A stretch of DNA of 63,626 bases, counting the filler, from an uncultured Methanosarcinales archaeon (GTDB lineage: Archaea; Nanobdellota; Nanobdellia; Woesearchaeales; CAYNLP01): NCBI GenBank assembly GCA_964398115.1. It is 4 parts of 4 records of this genome, joined end to end, with 100 filler letters (N's around TTAATTAATTAA, not from the genome) between each part and the next. Parts side by side here need not be neighbours in the genome. Positions count along the whole stretch, not along the records: positions 34,743 to 50,811 come from CAYNLP010000020.1; positions 50,912 to 63,626 come from CAYNLP010000025.1; 2 more parts are not named here. One strand, 5' to 3'. The notes below the pieces were generated by a model. That model searched no databases and had not been told where the DNA came from. It saw nothing but the letters and a program-made list of their open reading frames with translations. The position numbers were made by a program, and so were the translations under genes. Of this stretch, positions 48,616-58,652 are shown one piece after another (position 1 is the stretch's first letter; the number at the start of each line of letters is the position of its first letter).

Positions 48616-50811
48616 AACTTAATATTAAAACGACTCCTACCCCTATCTAACTTATGAATCTTAACAGGCAATTTCCTCCTTAAAAGCAATGAATTAGTTA
48701 CTACAGAAACACTTGATAAAGCCATAGCCAGACCAGCAATCTCAGGCTGTAACAAACCCACCGCAGCTATCGGTATAGCAGCAACGTTATAACCAAAAGC
48801 CCAAAACAAATTCTGCTTAATCTTCTTAATTGTCTTCCTGCTAATATCAATACTCTTAACTACATCCATCATTTCAGATCGTACCAATACCACGTCCCCG
48901 CTTTCAATAGCGACATCCGTACCAGCCCCAATTGCAATTCCCACATCCGCTTGGGCAAGAGCAGGAGCATCATTAACTCCATCCCCTACCATAGCAACCT
49001 TTTTATCCTCTCGTTGTAATTCCTTAATCTTATCGCTCTTATCTTCAGGCATGACCTCAGCAAAATAATCATCCACCCCAACTTGTTCAGCCACTGCCTT
49101 AGCCACCCTTTCATTATCCCCTGTCATCATGATAACTTCCAACCCCATCTTCTTCAAAGTACTTACTGCTTTCTTACTATGCTTCTTCAATTCATCCGAA
49201 ACTGCAATGACACCAGCAGCTTCATCATCCACAGCCACTACCAGAACTGTCTTACTACTGTTTTCAAATTCAGCAACTTTTTTCTCTAAACTCTTAAGCC
49301 TAATACCCTCCTTCCTCATAAAGCTCTTACTACCAACTTTTATAGTCTTCCCAGTCGTTTTTGCAATAACACCCTTACCTTCAACATTTTCAAAACTTTT
49401 CGGATCCGAAACATTCAACTCCATCTTCTTTGCCTTTTCCAAAACCGCTGCTGCAAGGGGGTGTTCACTCCTCTTTTCAGCAATAGCAGCATATTTCAAA
49501 GTGACTTGAGGATCATACATTTTCGAAACAGCAATATCTGTAACCTTGAAATCCCCCTTAGTTAAAGTACCAGTCTTATCTACTACCACACTATCTAACT
49601 TACCAATAACTTCCAACGCTTCTCCACTATTTATCAAAATACCATTTTCAGCACCTGCACCAGTACCAACCATAACAGCTGTAGGAGTAGCTAACCCCAT
49701 CGCACACGGACACGCAATAACCAAGACAGAAATACCCACCGTTAAAGCAAAGACAAAACTAGGACCGAATATCAACCAAGTTAAGAATACTAAAAACGCT
49801 AAGACAATAACGCTAGGAACAAAATAAGATGCTACCTTATCAGCAATTTTCTCAATCGGAGGACTACTACTCTGAGCCTCTTCAACCAATTCTATAATAT
49901 TCTGCAAGACAGTATCTTTACCAACCCTCTCCGCCTCGAACTTAAAAGCTCCCTTACGATTAATAGTACCACCAATTACTTCGTCCCCCTCATGCTTTTC
50001 CACAGGAATGCTCTCACCCGTAACCATGCTTTCATCAACATAACTATGACCATCAACAACAGTTCCATCAACAGGAACTTTCCAACCAGGCTTTACAACC
50101 ACGATGTCTCCAACTTCAACTTCTTCAATCGGTATTTCTTCCTCTTCACCACCTCTCTCAACCAAGGCAGTACCTCTCTGTAATGTCAGCAACTTTTCAA
50201 TAGCGCTTGAAGCTTTACCCTTCGTTATCGCTTCCAAATACCTACCGAACAATATGAAAGTAGTAAGCAAAGCAGCCGTTTCAAAAAAAACTGGTTGTCC
50301 TTCCAAGAAAAACACAGAAACGGTTGAATAAATCCAAGCTGCACTTACACCCAAAGCGACTAAAGTATCCATGTTAGCAGTTTTTCTCTGAAGTCCACTC
50401 CAAGTTCTTGTAAAAAATTGTCTACCACACCAGAAAACAACAATAGATGTTAAGATAAACATGTAAACGTTAACGTTCAAAGGCTTAATCAAAGCCCAGT
50501 CTACATAAGTCCAAATAACGACCGGTAAAGACAACACCAAAGCAAGTAAGAAATTATTCCTTTGCTGTTTCTTCTCTTCCTTTTTAGGCTTAGCATGAGT
50601 TCGGTGATTCTCATCAGCAACCTTATAACCAGTATCTTTTATTATTTCACGAACTTTTTCACTATCAATTTCTTCTTCATCATAAGATATATACGCGGTT
50701 TCATTACCATAATTTACCGTGACATCTTCTACCCCTTTTGTTTCCTTCAAAGCACTCTCAATAGAAGAAGCACAACTTGCACAATGCATACCCTCAATCT
50801 CAATCCTCTCT
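48612..50811 (-). CDS. copA: Cu(I)-type P1B ATPase (5'-truncated)
   Basis: GMHCASC, TGES, CPC, DKTGT, SEHP, GDGVND, YN, MALSS. Confidence 0.95.
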
Positions 50812-50911
50812 NNNNNNNNNNNNNNNNNNNNNNNNNNNNNNNNNNNNNNNNNNNNTTAATTAATTAANNNNNNNNNNNNNNNNNNNNNNNNNNNNNNNNN
50901 NNNNNNNNNNN
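50812..50911. other. Artificial contig spacer
   Basis: N spacer with TTAATTAATTAA. Confidence 0.97.
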
Positions 50912-51004
50912 ATCTGCGCATCTTTTTAGTTCTTCATAATTTCCTTTTATTGTTCGAAAACTAACGAGTTTGCTTGTCAACTCTATAATTTCTTCCTTTA
51001 CCAT
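50912..51004 (-). CDS. N-terminal fragment of a probable M20 peptidase
   Basis: MVKEEIIELTSKLVSFRTIKGNYEELKRCAD resembles M20 N-termini, including that of 58653-59705. Confidence 0.5.
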
Positions 51005-51036
51005 ATAGAGGAAGAAAATTAAGCGTCTTTTAAATG

Positions 51037-51669
51037 TTACCTAGGAATTAGTTCTCCGTTGTAGGCGAATCTCTCTTTAGCTCCGGTCACTATGGGTATT
51101 GGATGTCTGTCAAGTAAGTATTCCAAACTAGGCCCTCCGCTCCATTTTCCGAAATCTATTAAGTAAACTTTTTCCTCTTCAGGGTTGTATAAATAGTTGA
51201 AATTTTCAAATTCATTATCAAAATCATTAAAATCAAGTCTTCTTACTTGTTGTCTTAACCACGCATGTTCTTCTCTAATCTTATCTTTTTCCCTCCTAGG
51301 AAGATCATTAATTTCTTCATAGGAAAGGTGAGGTATTTTCTCCATAACTAAACCTGTTGTGGTTTGGTCTTCTGCAAGATCTTTTTCCTTTAATGGTCCT
51401 TTACCGCTGATTTTTGGATTTATAGTTAGGCCGTAATGGGTTGGAACAGGAACCCCTTGATCTTCTAAAAATCTGCCTACAAGGTATTCCCAACAACCGA
51501 GTCCGAATCTTCCGAAACGCTTCAAAGGTTGTTCATCCTGGGATAGGAGAAATCTTTTTAGGATAAAGTCTTCACATTCATATATCACATTGTGCTTCAC
51601 GCATTTTCTTTCAAAATCTTCTTTACTTAACCGGGCAACTCTCTCTGTAAGGCTTTCTCTTTCTGTCAT
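51037..51669 (-). CDS. Protein-kinase-like fold protein
   Basis: ILKRF, E...L...GVPVP..YG, LVMEKI, D...N..Y, YLIDFG. Confidence 0.65.
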   Translation of the reverse strand: MTERESLTERVARLSKEDFERKCVKHNVIYECEDFILKRFLLSQDEQPLKRFGRFGLGCWEYLVGRFLEDQGVPVPTHYGLTINPKISGKGPLKEKDLAEDQTTTGLVMEKIPHLSYEEINDLPRREKDKIREEHAWLRQQVRRLDFNDFDNEFENFNYLYNPEEEKVYLIDFGKWSGGPSLEYLLDRHPIPIVTGAKERFAYNGELIPR

Positions 51670-51695
51670 TATTTCTAAGAGGATTTTATTTTGGT

Positions 51696-52742
51696 TTAAA
51701 TTTTTTCTCCTACAATCTCGCTGATTTTTTCATATCCTTCTTCGTTCATTCTTTTTACGAGGCCTTTGTTTATTTTTTTCGCAAAACTTGGACCTTCGTA
51801 TATGAATCCGGTATATGCTTCTACGAGGTTGGCACCATTTTTGATAAGTTCGTACGCATCTTGTGCGTTGAAAACTCCGCCGACTCCGATTATTGGAGTG
51901 TCGCATCTTTCGTATAAATACTTGACGCGGTTTCTTGCTTTTATTGTTAGTGGACGACCGCTTAATCCTCCTTTTTCTTTAGTTTTTGAGTTCAAATTTT
52001 TTCTTTTTCTTGTGGTGTTAACTGCTACGATGCCGTCGGCACATTTCTCTACAACTTCTATTACTTCATCTACTTGGTCTAAGGTTAGGTCTGGGCTTAT
52101 CTTAACAAATTTTGTAGTTCTTTCATCTTCTTTGTTTAAACTTGTTAATAGTTTTTTCAACCGTGTTTTTTCTTGTAAACTTCTTAATCCTTCAGTGTTT
52201 GGACTTGAAACATTAACGACGATGAAATCGACATAATCTTTTAACTTGGTATAGGTGAATAAATAGTCGTTCATAACTTCTTTCCGATTTGCTCTTCTGC
52301 TCTTTCCAATATTCAATCCTATTGGTGTAATTTTTTGTGAATTTTTCAATTGTTGTAATGCAGTGTTGGCTCCGTGATTGTTGAAACCCATCCTGTTGAT
52401 AAGTGCTTTATCTTCTTCCAAGCGGAACATTCGAGGTTTTTCATGACCTTCTTGAGGCATAGCCGTTATAGTTCCTACTTCTGAAAATCCGAATCCTAAT
52501 GCTTTGGTTATTTCTAAGAGTTCGCAGTGTTTGTCAAAACCTGCTGCTAAACCTATTGGATTAGAAAATTCTATCCCTGCGACTTCAGTGTTTAAACGAC
52601 TGTTTTCGTAGTTGAAGAATGATTCAGTAAGTTTTCTACTCGCTTTGTTCTTGCCTAGTTTAGAAAGGATGTCTCTGCTGAAATCATGTATTCTTTCAGC
52701 GTCGCTTTTGAAAAGTAATGGTCTGAGTAGGGTTTTGTACAT
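51696..52742 (-). CDS. pyrD: Quinone-dependent (class 2) dihydroorotate dehydrogenase
   Basis: DAERIH N-terminal helix, GLAAGFDK, PRMFRL..D.ALINRMGFNN, NVSSPNT (Ser base), KISPD, GGLSG. Confidence 0.95.
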   Translation of the reverse strand: MYKTLLRPLLFKSDAERIHDFSRDILSKLGKNKASRKLTESFFNYENSRLNTEVAGIEFSNPIGLAAGFDKHCELLEITKALGFGFSEVGTITAMPQEGHEKPRMFRLEEDKALINRMGFNNHGANTALQQLKNSQKITPIGLNIGKSRRANRKEVMNDYLFTYTKLKDYVDFIVVNVSSPNTEGLRSLQEKTRLKKLLTSLNKEDERTTKFVKISPDLTLDQVDEVIEVVEKCADGIVAVNTTRKRKNLNSKTKEKGGLSGRPLTIKARNRVKYLYERCDTPIIGVGGVFNAQDAYELIKNGANLVEAYTGFIYEGPSFAKKINKGLVKRMNEEGYEKISEIVGEKI

Positions 52743-52804
52743 TGTTTTAGTCTTTGTTATAAGGAGTTATTAATTTAAACCTTATACATTTAATTCTTTG
52801 TCAT

Positions 52805-53098
52805 ATGAATTTGGAAGATCGTATTAATAGGAGAGGAGAATTATTGGGTGGGATAGTTCTAGGAACTGCTGGTTTAATTGGTGGTTTGGAAATTGCTGAT
52901 TACATGCAGAACTATATGAGTTTGTATGGTTATGGTGAGGAGGAATTGCTAAATTCTATGTTTGGTGGATCTACCGCTTTGCTTTCTGGTTATATTGGTA
53001 AGTTAGTTGGTGAGAACCGTTTTGAATATATGAAATTATGTAATCGTGTAAAGTCCTGGGCCAAAGGCGAGGATTACGAGCGAAAGGGCGAGTATTAA
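52805..53098 (+). CDS. Small hypothetical membrane protein
   Basis: 97 aa with two Gly-rich hydrophobic segments; 3' end overlaps the convergent doxX. Confidence 0.45.
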   Translation: MNLEDRINRRGELLGGIVLGTAGLIGGLEIADYMQNYMSLYGYGEEELLNSMFGGSTALLSGYIGKLVGENRFEYMKLCNRVKSWAKGEDYERKGEY

Positions 53099-53416
53099 TA
53101 AGCCGTAACTCCAATTGCTGAAGTCTTTGTCTGTACTAGTTATCTTCCAAATAATTCCTGTTGTCATATGTCCGGCGAATAGGAGCGCCATTATTTGTGG
53201 AAAAACACCTAGGAGTAAAGCGGTTGCTCCGAAAGTCTCTAATACGGCAATTCCGGTACCCCAGAAAATACCTGGTTTGAATCCTTTGTTTTCAAAGTCT
53301 TCTGCATTGCTTTGTAAATCTTTCAACTTGGGCCAGCCGTAGTAAAACATCGTCGTTGCTATCAAGACTCGTATTGCGAAGAGTATAGTTTCCTGATAGC
53401 TGACTAAGGAAATCAT
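53036..53416 (-). CDS. DoxX family protein
   Basis: IRV......YGWPKL, E..G...LLLG, GPG.Y. Confidence 0.85.
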   Translation of the reverse strand: MISLVSYQETILFAIRVLIATTMFYYGWPKLKDLQSNAEDFENKGFKPGIFWGTGIAVLETFGATALLLGVFPQIMALLFAGHMTTGIIWKITSTDKDFSNWSYGLLILALSLVILAFGPGLYTIT

Positions 53417-53420
53417 TTTT

Positions 53421-53690
53421 TTATTTTTCTCCTACCAAGTAGCTGCATCCTTCAGCTCCCATCCTTGCTTTGTGAACGGCTCCTGCCTCCACGTCTACTC
53501 TGTCACCTTCTGTGTAAACACCGGTGCTTCCGTCTTCAGATTTCAATTGCATTTGACCATCTAAGATTATGTGAGCCGTTAATTTGTCATGGGTGTGTTC
53601 AGAATAAACTTTGTTCGGGCTGTCGTCTATTCGATAAATTGTTTTGAAACCTTCTTCTTCTAGCTCTTTTCTGGCTTCGTCCTCTTCCAT
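53421..53690 (-). CDS. Cupin domain protein
   Basis: HTH...H.ILDG.M, GDRVDV.AG.VH. Confidence 0.85.
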   Translation of the reverse strand: MEEDEARKELEEEGFKTIYRIDDSPNKVYSEHTHDKLTAHIILDGQMQLKSEDGSTGVYTEGDRVDVEAGAVHKARMGAEGCSYLVGEK

Positions 53691-53725
53691 ACCTTTTCTT
53701 TAATACAGTATTTTTTAATAATTTT

Positions 53726-55225
53726 TTACCAGTCTTCCATCCTTGCTTGTCTTTCTAAACTTTCTTTGTTCATTGGCGGCGCCCACTCCCCTATCTTTTT
53801 CCGGTTCCAGTACTGGTCGTCTTTCAAATTGGCGAACTCGTAAATGTAGTGATCAACCTTGATATATTTTGGAGGATTATCAGGGAAAGGGTTTTCTTTT
53901 ATCAAGTCTAGCGCTAACGGGTCGTTGTGTAAGAGTTTCCAGATGAGGTGGAACATCCAAGGGTTTTGACGTGGTCTTTGCATAGCGGCGAACCATATCT
54001 GCCAGTCAATCCTCGGCTGGTAAGGAGCGATGAAAGGTGGAGTCCTGTTAACGTCTGTGGGTTTAGCTTTGAACTCGTATTCTTTCCATTCAGCATCTGG
54101 TCCTAGCTCATCTTTTGTGCCTTTAACTACGCATTCCTTTCTATTCTTTCCAACACTTCCAAACGCTCCGTAAGTGTTGACAAGGTGGAATTGGTTAAAA
54201 CTATAGTTCATAAGTTGTCTTTTTCGGAACAAGTTCTTCACTACTGGTATGCTGAGGTAAGCTACGAATGCTAGGTATATCCAAGCTATCCATGGGAAGG
54301 AAAAACTGTTGGTTGCTGCTTGACTAGCTTGTGTGGTTAAGAATTTGGGAAGTATTTGTGCTAATATTTCGTCGTTAAAAGCGGCTACGATTGGAGCGAT
54401 GGTTACAATGTTTAGGAAGGACAAGTTTCCGCTGATGAATAATTGTAGTTGGAACAATATGAGTAAGGCTCCGGCGGCCCATCTTGGCCATCCAGGTATT
54501 ACTAAGAAGAAGGGAATTCCTATTTGAACTATATGAGTCCATAAAGTTCCGAATTTCAGAAGAGTTTTAGGAAGGAAGTGGAAGTATCGACTTAACGGGT
54601 TAGGTATAGGTTGAGTTTCGAAGTGGTGGTTGAGGCAGGTGAGTTTTTTCCAGCACTTGTCCGCTTTTAACTTTATCAAGCCGCTTCCAAGGTTAATCCT
54701 GGCCGTCAGCCAAAGTAAGGCTATAATGGCGGGTAGGGGTGTGGCGAAATTACTAAAGGGCAGTGGGTTGAATAGAGGTACGAGGAATATAGCTAGGAAT
54801 CCTGTTTCTAATAGTTGGCTTTCCCATCCATACCTGTACCACACTTGTCCTATGTGGACGTAGCTCATGTACAGTATCCAAAGCGTTAGGAGGAGGAAGA
54901 CGTTAGCGAATCCTATGGTTAGTAGGAAGCTTAAGATTACTCCTAACCAGGCTAAGTATTTGAGGATTTGATCGTTACATTTCCATAGGAATATAGTGGG
55001 TCTGTTCCAGAACGCTTTCCACTTGTTTTCGAACCTGGTTTCGACTGCTTGTAAGTATTTTTTTGCTGGTGTCAATCCGTTTTTTCCTAGGAGGGGGATG
55101 ACTTGGTCTGCTAGGCTGAAGTATGCAAAGAGGTATGAAATTCCTAGTATTCTTAAGAATACGAATCTGGTTAGATAATAGTCTGAAGTGTTTATTGGGA
55201 TGTATTGAAGTAGGTTTTCTAGCAT
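53726..55225 (-). CDS. Lipase maturation factor family protein
   Basis: GQ.WY.YGWESQLLETGFL, SGLIKL, HFETQPIPNP, NTYGAFG, EYEFK.KP, PYQPRIDWQIWFAA. Confidence 0.93.
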   Translation of the reverse strand: MLENLLQYIPINTSDYYLTRFVFLRILGISYLFAYFSLADQVIPLLGKNGLTPAKKYLQAVETRFENKWKAFWNRPTIFLWKCNDQILKYLAWLGVILSFLLTIGFANVFLLLTLWILYMSYVHIGQVWYRYGWESQLLETGFLAIFLVPLFNPLPFSNFATPLPAIIALLWLTARINLGSGLIKLKADKCWKKLTCLNHHFETQPIPNPLSRYFHFLPKTLLKFGTLWTHIVQIGIPFFLVIPGWPRWAAGALLILFQLQLFISGNLSFLNIVTIAPIVAAFNDEILAQILPKFLTTQASQAATNSFSFPWIAWIYLAFVAYLSIPVVKNLFRKRQLMNYSFNQFHLVNTYGAFGSVGKNRKECVVKGTKDELGPDAEWKEYEFKAKPTDVNRTPPFIAPYQPRIDWQIWFAAMQRPRQNPWMFHLIWKLLHNDPLALDLIKENPFPDNPPKYIKVDHYIYEFANLKDDQYWNRKKIGEWAPPMNKESLERQARMEDW

Positions 55226-55285
55226 GTTTATTTTTTTCGTAGAAGGATTAACTATATAAAATTTTTAGACTTTATCTTTTTTATT

Positions 55286-55714
55286 GTGGAAGAAGAAATT
55301 ATTGAATTTTTGGAAAGTGGAGTGCATGCGAGTTTTGATGACATTGTTGATGTAGATTTTGGTGTAGTTAATGAAGGAGTTGATGGTTTGCCGTATACTT
55401 TGTGGGAATTACTGGAACATTTGCGTTTGTCTCAAGAAGATATTTTGGAGTTTTTTGGTGAGTATGAAGAAAAAGATTGGCCTGATGATTATTGGCCTGA
55501 TGGTGAATGTAGTAGAGAAGAATGGAAGGAGAGTGTTCGTCTTTTCAAGAGTGATTTACGAGAGTTGAAAAACTTAGTTAAGAGGGTTGATCTGGAGGGA
55601 GAGTTTAAAGAAGGTTATACTTATGGTGAGCAGTTGTTGAAAGTTTTGAAACATAACAGTTATCACCTTGGTCAGATGGTTGTCCTTGAAAGGTTGTTAG
55701 GCGTTTGGGAGTGA
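55286..55714 (+). CDS. DinB family protein
   Basis: HASF, PYTLWELLEHL..SQ.D, WP..YWP, HNSYHLGQ. Confidence 0.88.
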   Translation: MEEEIIEFLESGVHASFDDIVDVDFGVVNEGVDGLPYTLWELLEHLRLSQEDILEFFGEYEEKDWPDDYWPDGECSREEWKESVRLFKSDLRELKNLVKRVDLEGEFKEGYTYGEQLLKVLKHNSYHLGQMVVLERLLGVWE

Positions 55715-56716
55715 CATTTCTGCGTAGCTTTCCGTGATTGAATCTTGTTCTATTCCTAGTCTTTCTTTCCAAAGCTTAACTTGATTTTTGGTTTGTGCTT
55801 CTATTTCTACAAATTTTCCTAAATCTTCGACGCGGTCTTCGCATAGTTTGCAGTTTGGATCTCCCACTGGTGTGTATATCACTCTCTTTGTCTGATATTC
55901 GGATATTGCAGGCATTGATTTTAGTACTTTTCTTGGTTCTATACTTAGTTGTGTTTCTATCTCTTCTCTTTCGAAAAATTCTTCTCCTTGGTTTGGTCCT
56001 TTCATGGTTAGTATGTAATTTGGTAGTCTCACCTTCCAGTCTCTAGCTTTGTCTATGCGTAATCTTAGAATGTGTCCGTCGTTTATAGCAAGGACTTTGT
56101 TTTCGTAGTTTTTGGTTGTCTTCCATTCTGTTTTGTATCCTTTTAGTCTGTCTCGGAGGTTTCCTTCTAGTTTGTATTTTCCTTCGATTTCTTTTTCTCC
56201 TCTTTTCTTTGATTCTCTTTTGATGAATTCAGCTCTTTTTTCAATTCCTGATTCTCCTATTTCGAATAGTGGTACTTTTACTATGTCGTATCCGAACCTG
56301 TCGTATACTTCGTAGATTTTGTCATGTATTTTTTGTTGTAGTTCTGGGCTTTCTCTTCTGACTTCGTCTTTTTTGTAGAGGTCTTCAGGTAGTTTTTCCA
56401 TGTAGAATATGCGTTCGTAGTTGGCTTGTTCGATGTCTTGGTATAGTTCGTCCCAGGGTTCGCCGTTGAATACTTCTAGGTATGCAATTATGTCTACGAG
56501 ACTTCGGTCAAGGAACTTTGGTGTTTTGGTTTGTTGCTCTCTTCTTTTTTGTTCTTGTGCGACTGCTTTTTGAAATCCTATCAGGTCGTCTTCTGGTCTT
56601 AGGCCGCTTTTCATGATGTCTCTGGCTACTTCGTCGATTGTGTGGTGTTCTTCTGCTAGTTTTTCTAATACGCTTGACTTTCCTGTTCCTGGTCCGCCGG
56701 TTATTACGTGTTTCAT
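55697..56716 (-). CDS. NadR/Ttd14-type P-loop (AAA_28) domain fused to a CYTH domain
   Basis: ITGGPGTGKSS, DEVAR, DRSLVD..AY, D.VR.E; then EIEGKY, LRLR, LTMKGP, REEIE, D.VE.LG.FVEIE, SY. Confidence 0.8.
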   Translation of the reverse strand: MKHVITGGPGTGKSSVLEKLAEEHHTIDEVARDIMKSGLRPEDDLIGFQKAVAQEQKRREQQTKTPKFLDRSLVDIIAYLEVFNGEPWDELYQDIEQANYERIFYMEKLPEDLYKKDEVRRESPELQQKIHDKIYEVYDRFGYDIVKVPLFEIGESGIEKRAEFIKRESKKRGEKEIEGKYKLEGNLRDRLKGYKTEWKTTKNYENKVLAINDGHILRLRIDKARDWKVRLPNYILTMKGPNQGEEFFEREEIETQLSIEPRKVLKSMPAISEYQTKRVIYTPVGDPNCKLCEDRVEDLGKFVEIEAQTKNQVKLWKERLGIEQDSITESYAEMSLPNA

Positions 56717-56818
56717 TACATTATTTTAATAGTGTTTTAGAAAGTATAATTTCTGGTTTTATTTTCTTTATAGAGTGTTTCAAAAATTATTTAATTGAGG
56801 TTTTTCTTAATCTTTAAT

Positions 56819-57661
56819 ATGTCTTTGAGTAGAGAGGAGGAAAGGGAACTGGTTGAATTTGTTAAGGGAGAGCCTCGTGCTATGCAGGAAGTAGCTGAAT
56901 TTTTAGATCGTAGTTGGGTCACCGCTGACAAGTATGTTAAGGAAGTGGTGGATAGGACTGGTTTGATTGATGTTAAAGTTTTTAGGGAAGGCACTAGAGG
57001 TGCTTTGAAGCTTGTTTACTTTGTGAATCCTGACGTCGCTACGGAAAGTGAGATGCGTGAGAAATTATTGCAGGATATCATGAATGGTCGTGACAAAACC
57101 GATTTCGACTTTATGGAACTCTACCAATTAGTAGATGAAAGTGATAAAGATGCGTTTTTTGAAGAGTATGAGCGAGAGAATGTTAGTAGTCATCAAAATT
57201 TGAGCAGGGTTTTTGCTAACGCAGAGGATAGTGTGCTTTGTTTTAGCGGTAATTTGTCTTTTGTTAACGTAGTTGAAGACGGCAAATCAGTTCCTGAGTT
57301 GATGGAGAAAGCGTTGGAACGCGGAGTTTATTTCAAAATAATTTGTCGTGTTGACGTTGGTACTTTGAAGAATTTGGATGAGATTGATAGTTTATTGAAG
57401 AAGTTTCCTGATCGTTTGGATATTCGTCATGCGCATCACCCGTTGCGTGGCTTTATAGTTGATGACAGATTGGCTCGTTTTAAGAATGAACAACATATCG
57501 AGCTTTACAGGAAGGGGGAGTTAGGAAAGAATTTGAGGATTTTCTATGAAGTGTTTGATGAAAGCTGGGTGGATTGGTTGCAACAAATATTTTGGAAAAT
57601 TTATAGAGGTAGTATTGATTATGAAACACGTATTAAAGAGATTAATAAGGTTTTCAGGTAA
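56819..57661 (+). CDS. Putative transcriptional regulator (N-terminal wHTH, TrmB/PLD-like C-terminal domain)
   Basis: P.AMQEVAEFL.RSW.TA.KY HTH; NAE.SV, A.ERGV..KII, RGFIVDD, F..IY. Confidence 0.55.
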   Translation: MSLSREEERELVEFVKGEPRAMQEVAEFLDRSWVTADKYVKEVVDRTGLIDVKVFREGTRGALKLVYFVNPDVATESEMREKLLQDIMNGRDKTDFDFMELYQLVDESDKDAFFEEYERENVSSHQNLSRVFANAEDSVLCFSGNLSFVNVVEDGKSVPELMEKALERGVYFKIICRVDVGTLKNLDEIDSLLKKFPDRLDIRHAHHPLRGFIVDDRLARFKNEQHIELYRKGELGKNLRIFYEVFDESWVDWLQQIFWKIYRGSIDYETRIKEINKVFR

Positions 57662-57695
57662 ATAAATTTAAATTATTATTTCTTTCTTTATTGGT

Positions 57696-58208
57696 ATGGT
57701 TGAGCTTGGTAAGAGAACAAAGTTAGCAGATTTGTTGAATAGCATGACTGAAGAAGGGCTTCCTGGCGTTTACACTCGTATTTTGAGAGGAGAGGAGTCA
57801 GAGCAAAGTAGGATTGCGTTTGAGGATGATCAGGGCTTGTCTTACGCAGCTTACATAGTGGGTGGTGAAGGCGATGATTTTAGGGAAGAGTTGGTTGGTA
57901 TTAGGTTGGAACCGGATGTTTCTTTTGCTTCTGTACAAACTATGGAAGGAGATTCCCGAGGCCAATCAATAAGAAATGTATACCGAAAATCCCCGAAGGT
58001 TTGGGATTCATTAAGTATGAAAGGATTTTATAATGAAGATGTGACTGGTTTAGATCCTGAGAGGCTTGTTAGAGAGAGTCCTGAGGATATAATGAAAGAA
58101 TTCAGGGGTATAGACATTAGGGGTCATGAGAGTTATGCTTTAGATTCTTATCATATTAACGCGTTTTCGCGTATCTATAGCGTTTTTGGGATTAAGAGCC
58201 AGCGATGA
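57696..58208 (+). CDS. Hypothetical protein
   Basis: 170-aa ORF. Confidence 0.6.
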   Translation: MVELGKRTKLADLLNSMTEEGLPGVYTRILRGEESEQSRIAFEDDQGLSYAAYIVGGEGDDFREELVGIRLEPDVSFASVQTMEGDSRGQSIRNVYRKSPKVWDSLSMKGFYNEDVTGLDPERLVRESPEDIMKEFRGIDIRGHESYALDSYHINAFSRIYSVFGIKSQR

Positions 58209-58363
58209 TTTATTGTTTATATTGTAAATAATTAAAAAAGCAAACCCTTATAAATAACCCCTACATGAAGGTGTATAGTCAGGACATTTTCCGTTTTAAA
58301 GTTCAAAACGAGTGTTTTTGAGTACAGGACTGTTTCTGACAAAATTTTTAGTGAGGTAAAATT

Positions 58364-58558
58364 ATGGAAGGAACAGTAAAGTTCTTCGATCCGAGAAAGG
58401 GATTCGGCTTTATCAAAAGCGACGAAGATGACGAAGAATACTTCGTTCACAAGTCCGAGCTTGAAGTTCGAGACTTAGATGATGATGCCAGAGTTTCTTT
58501 CGATCCAGAAGAAGGCGATCGAGGACTCAAAGCAACAAACGTCGAAGTACTAGAATAA
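58364..58558 (+). CDS. cspA: Cold-shock protein
   Basis: GTVKFF...KGFGFI (RNP1), FVHKS (RNP2), GLKATNV. Confidence 0.95.
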   Translation: MEGTVKFFDPRKGFGFIKSDEDDEEYFVHKSELEVRDLDDDARVSFDPEEGDRGLKATNVEVLE

Positions 58559-58652
58559 TTTTCTAGTAGTTTTTCGACAAAGCAATATTTTTTCTTTTAC
58601 AACTTCTTTTTTCAAAACAATTTTATAACCTATCTAATTTTCAATTATTTGT

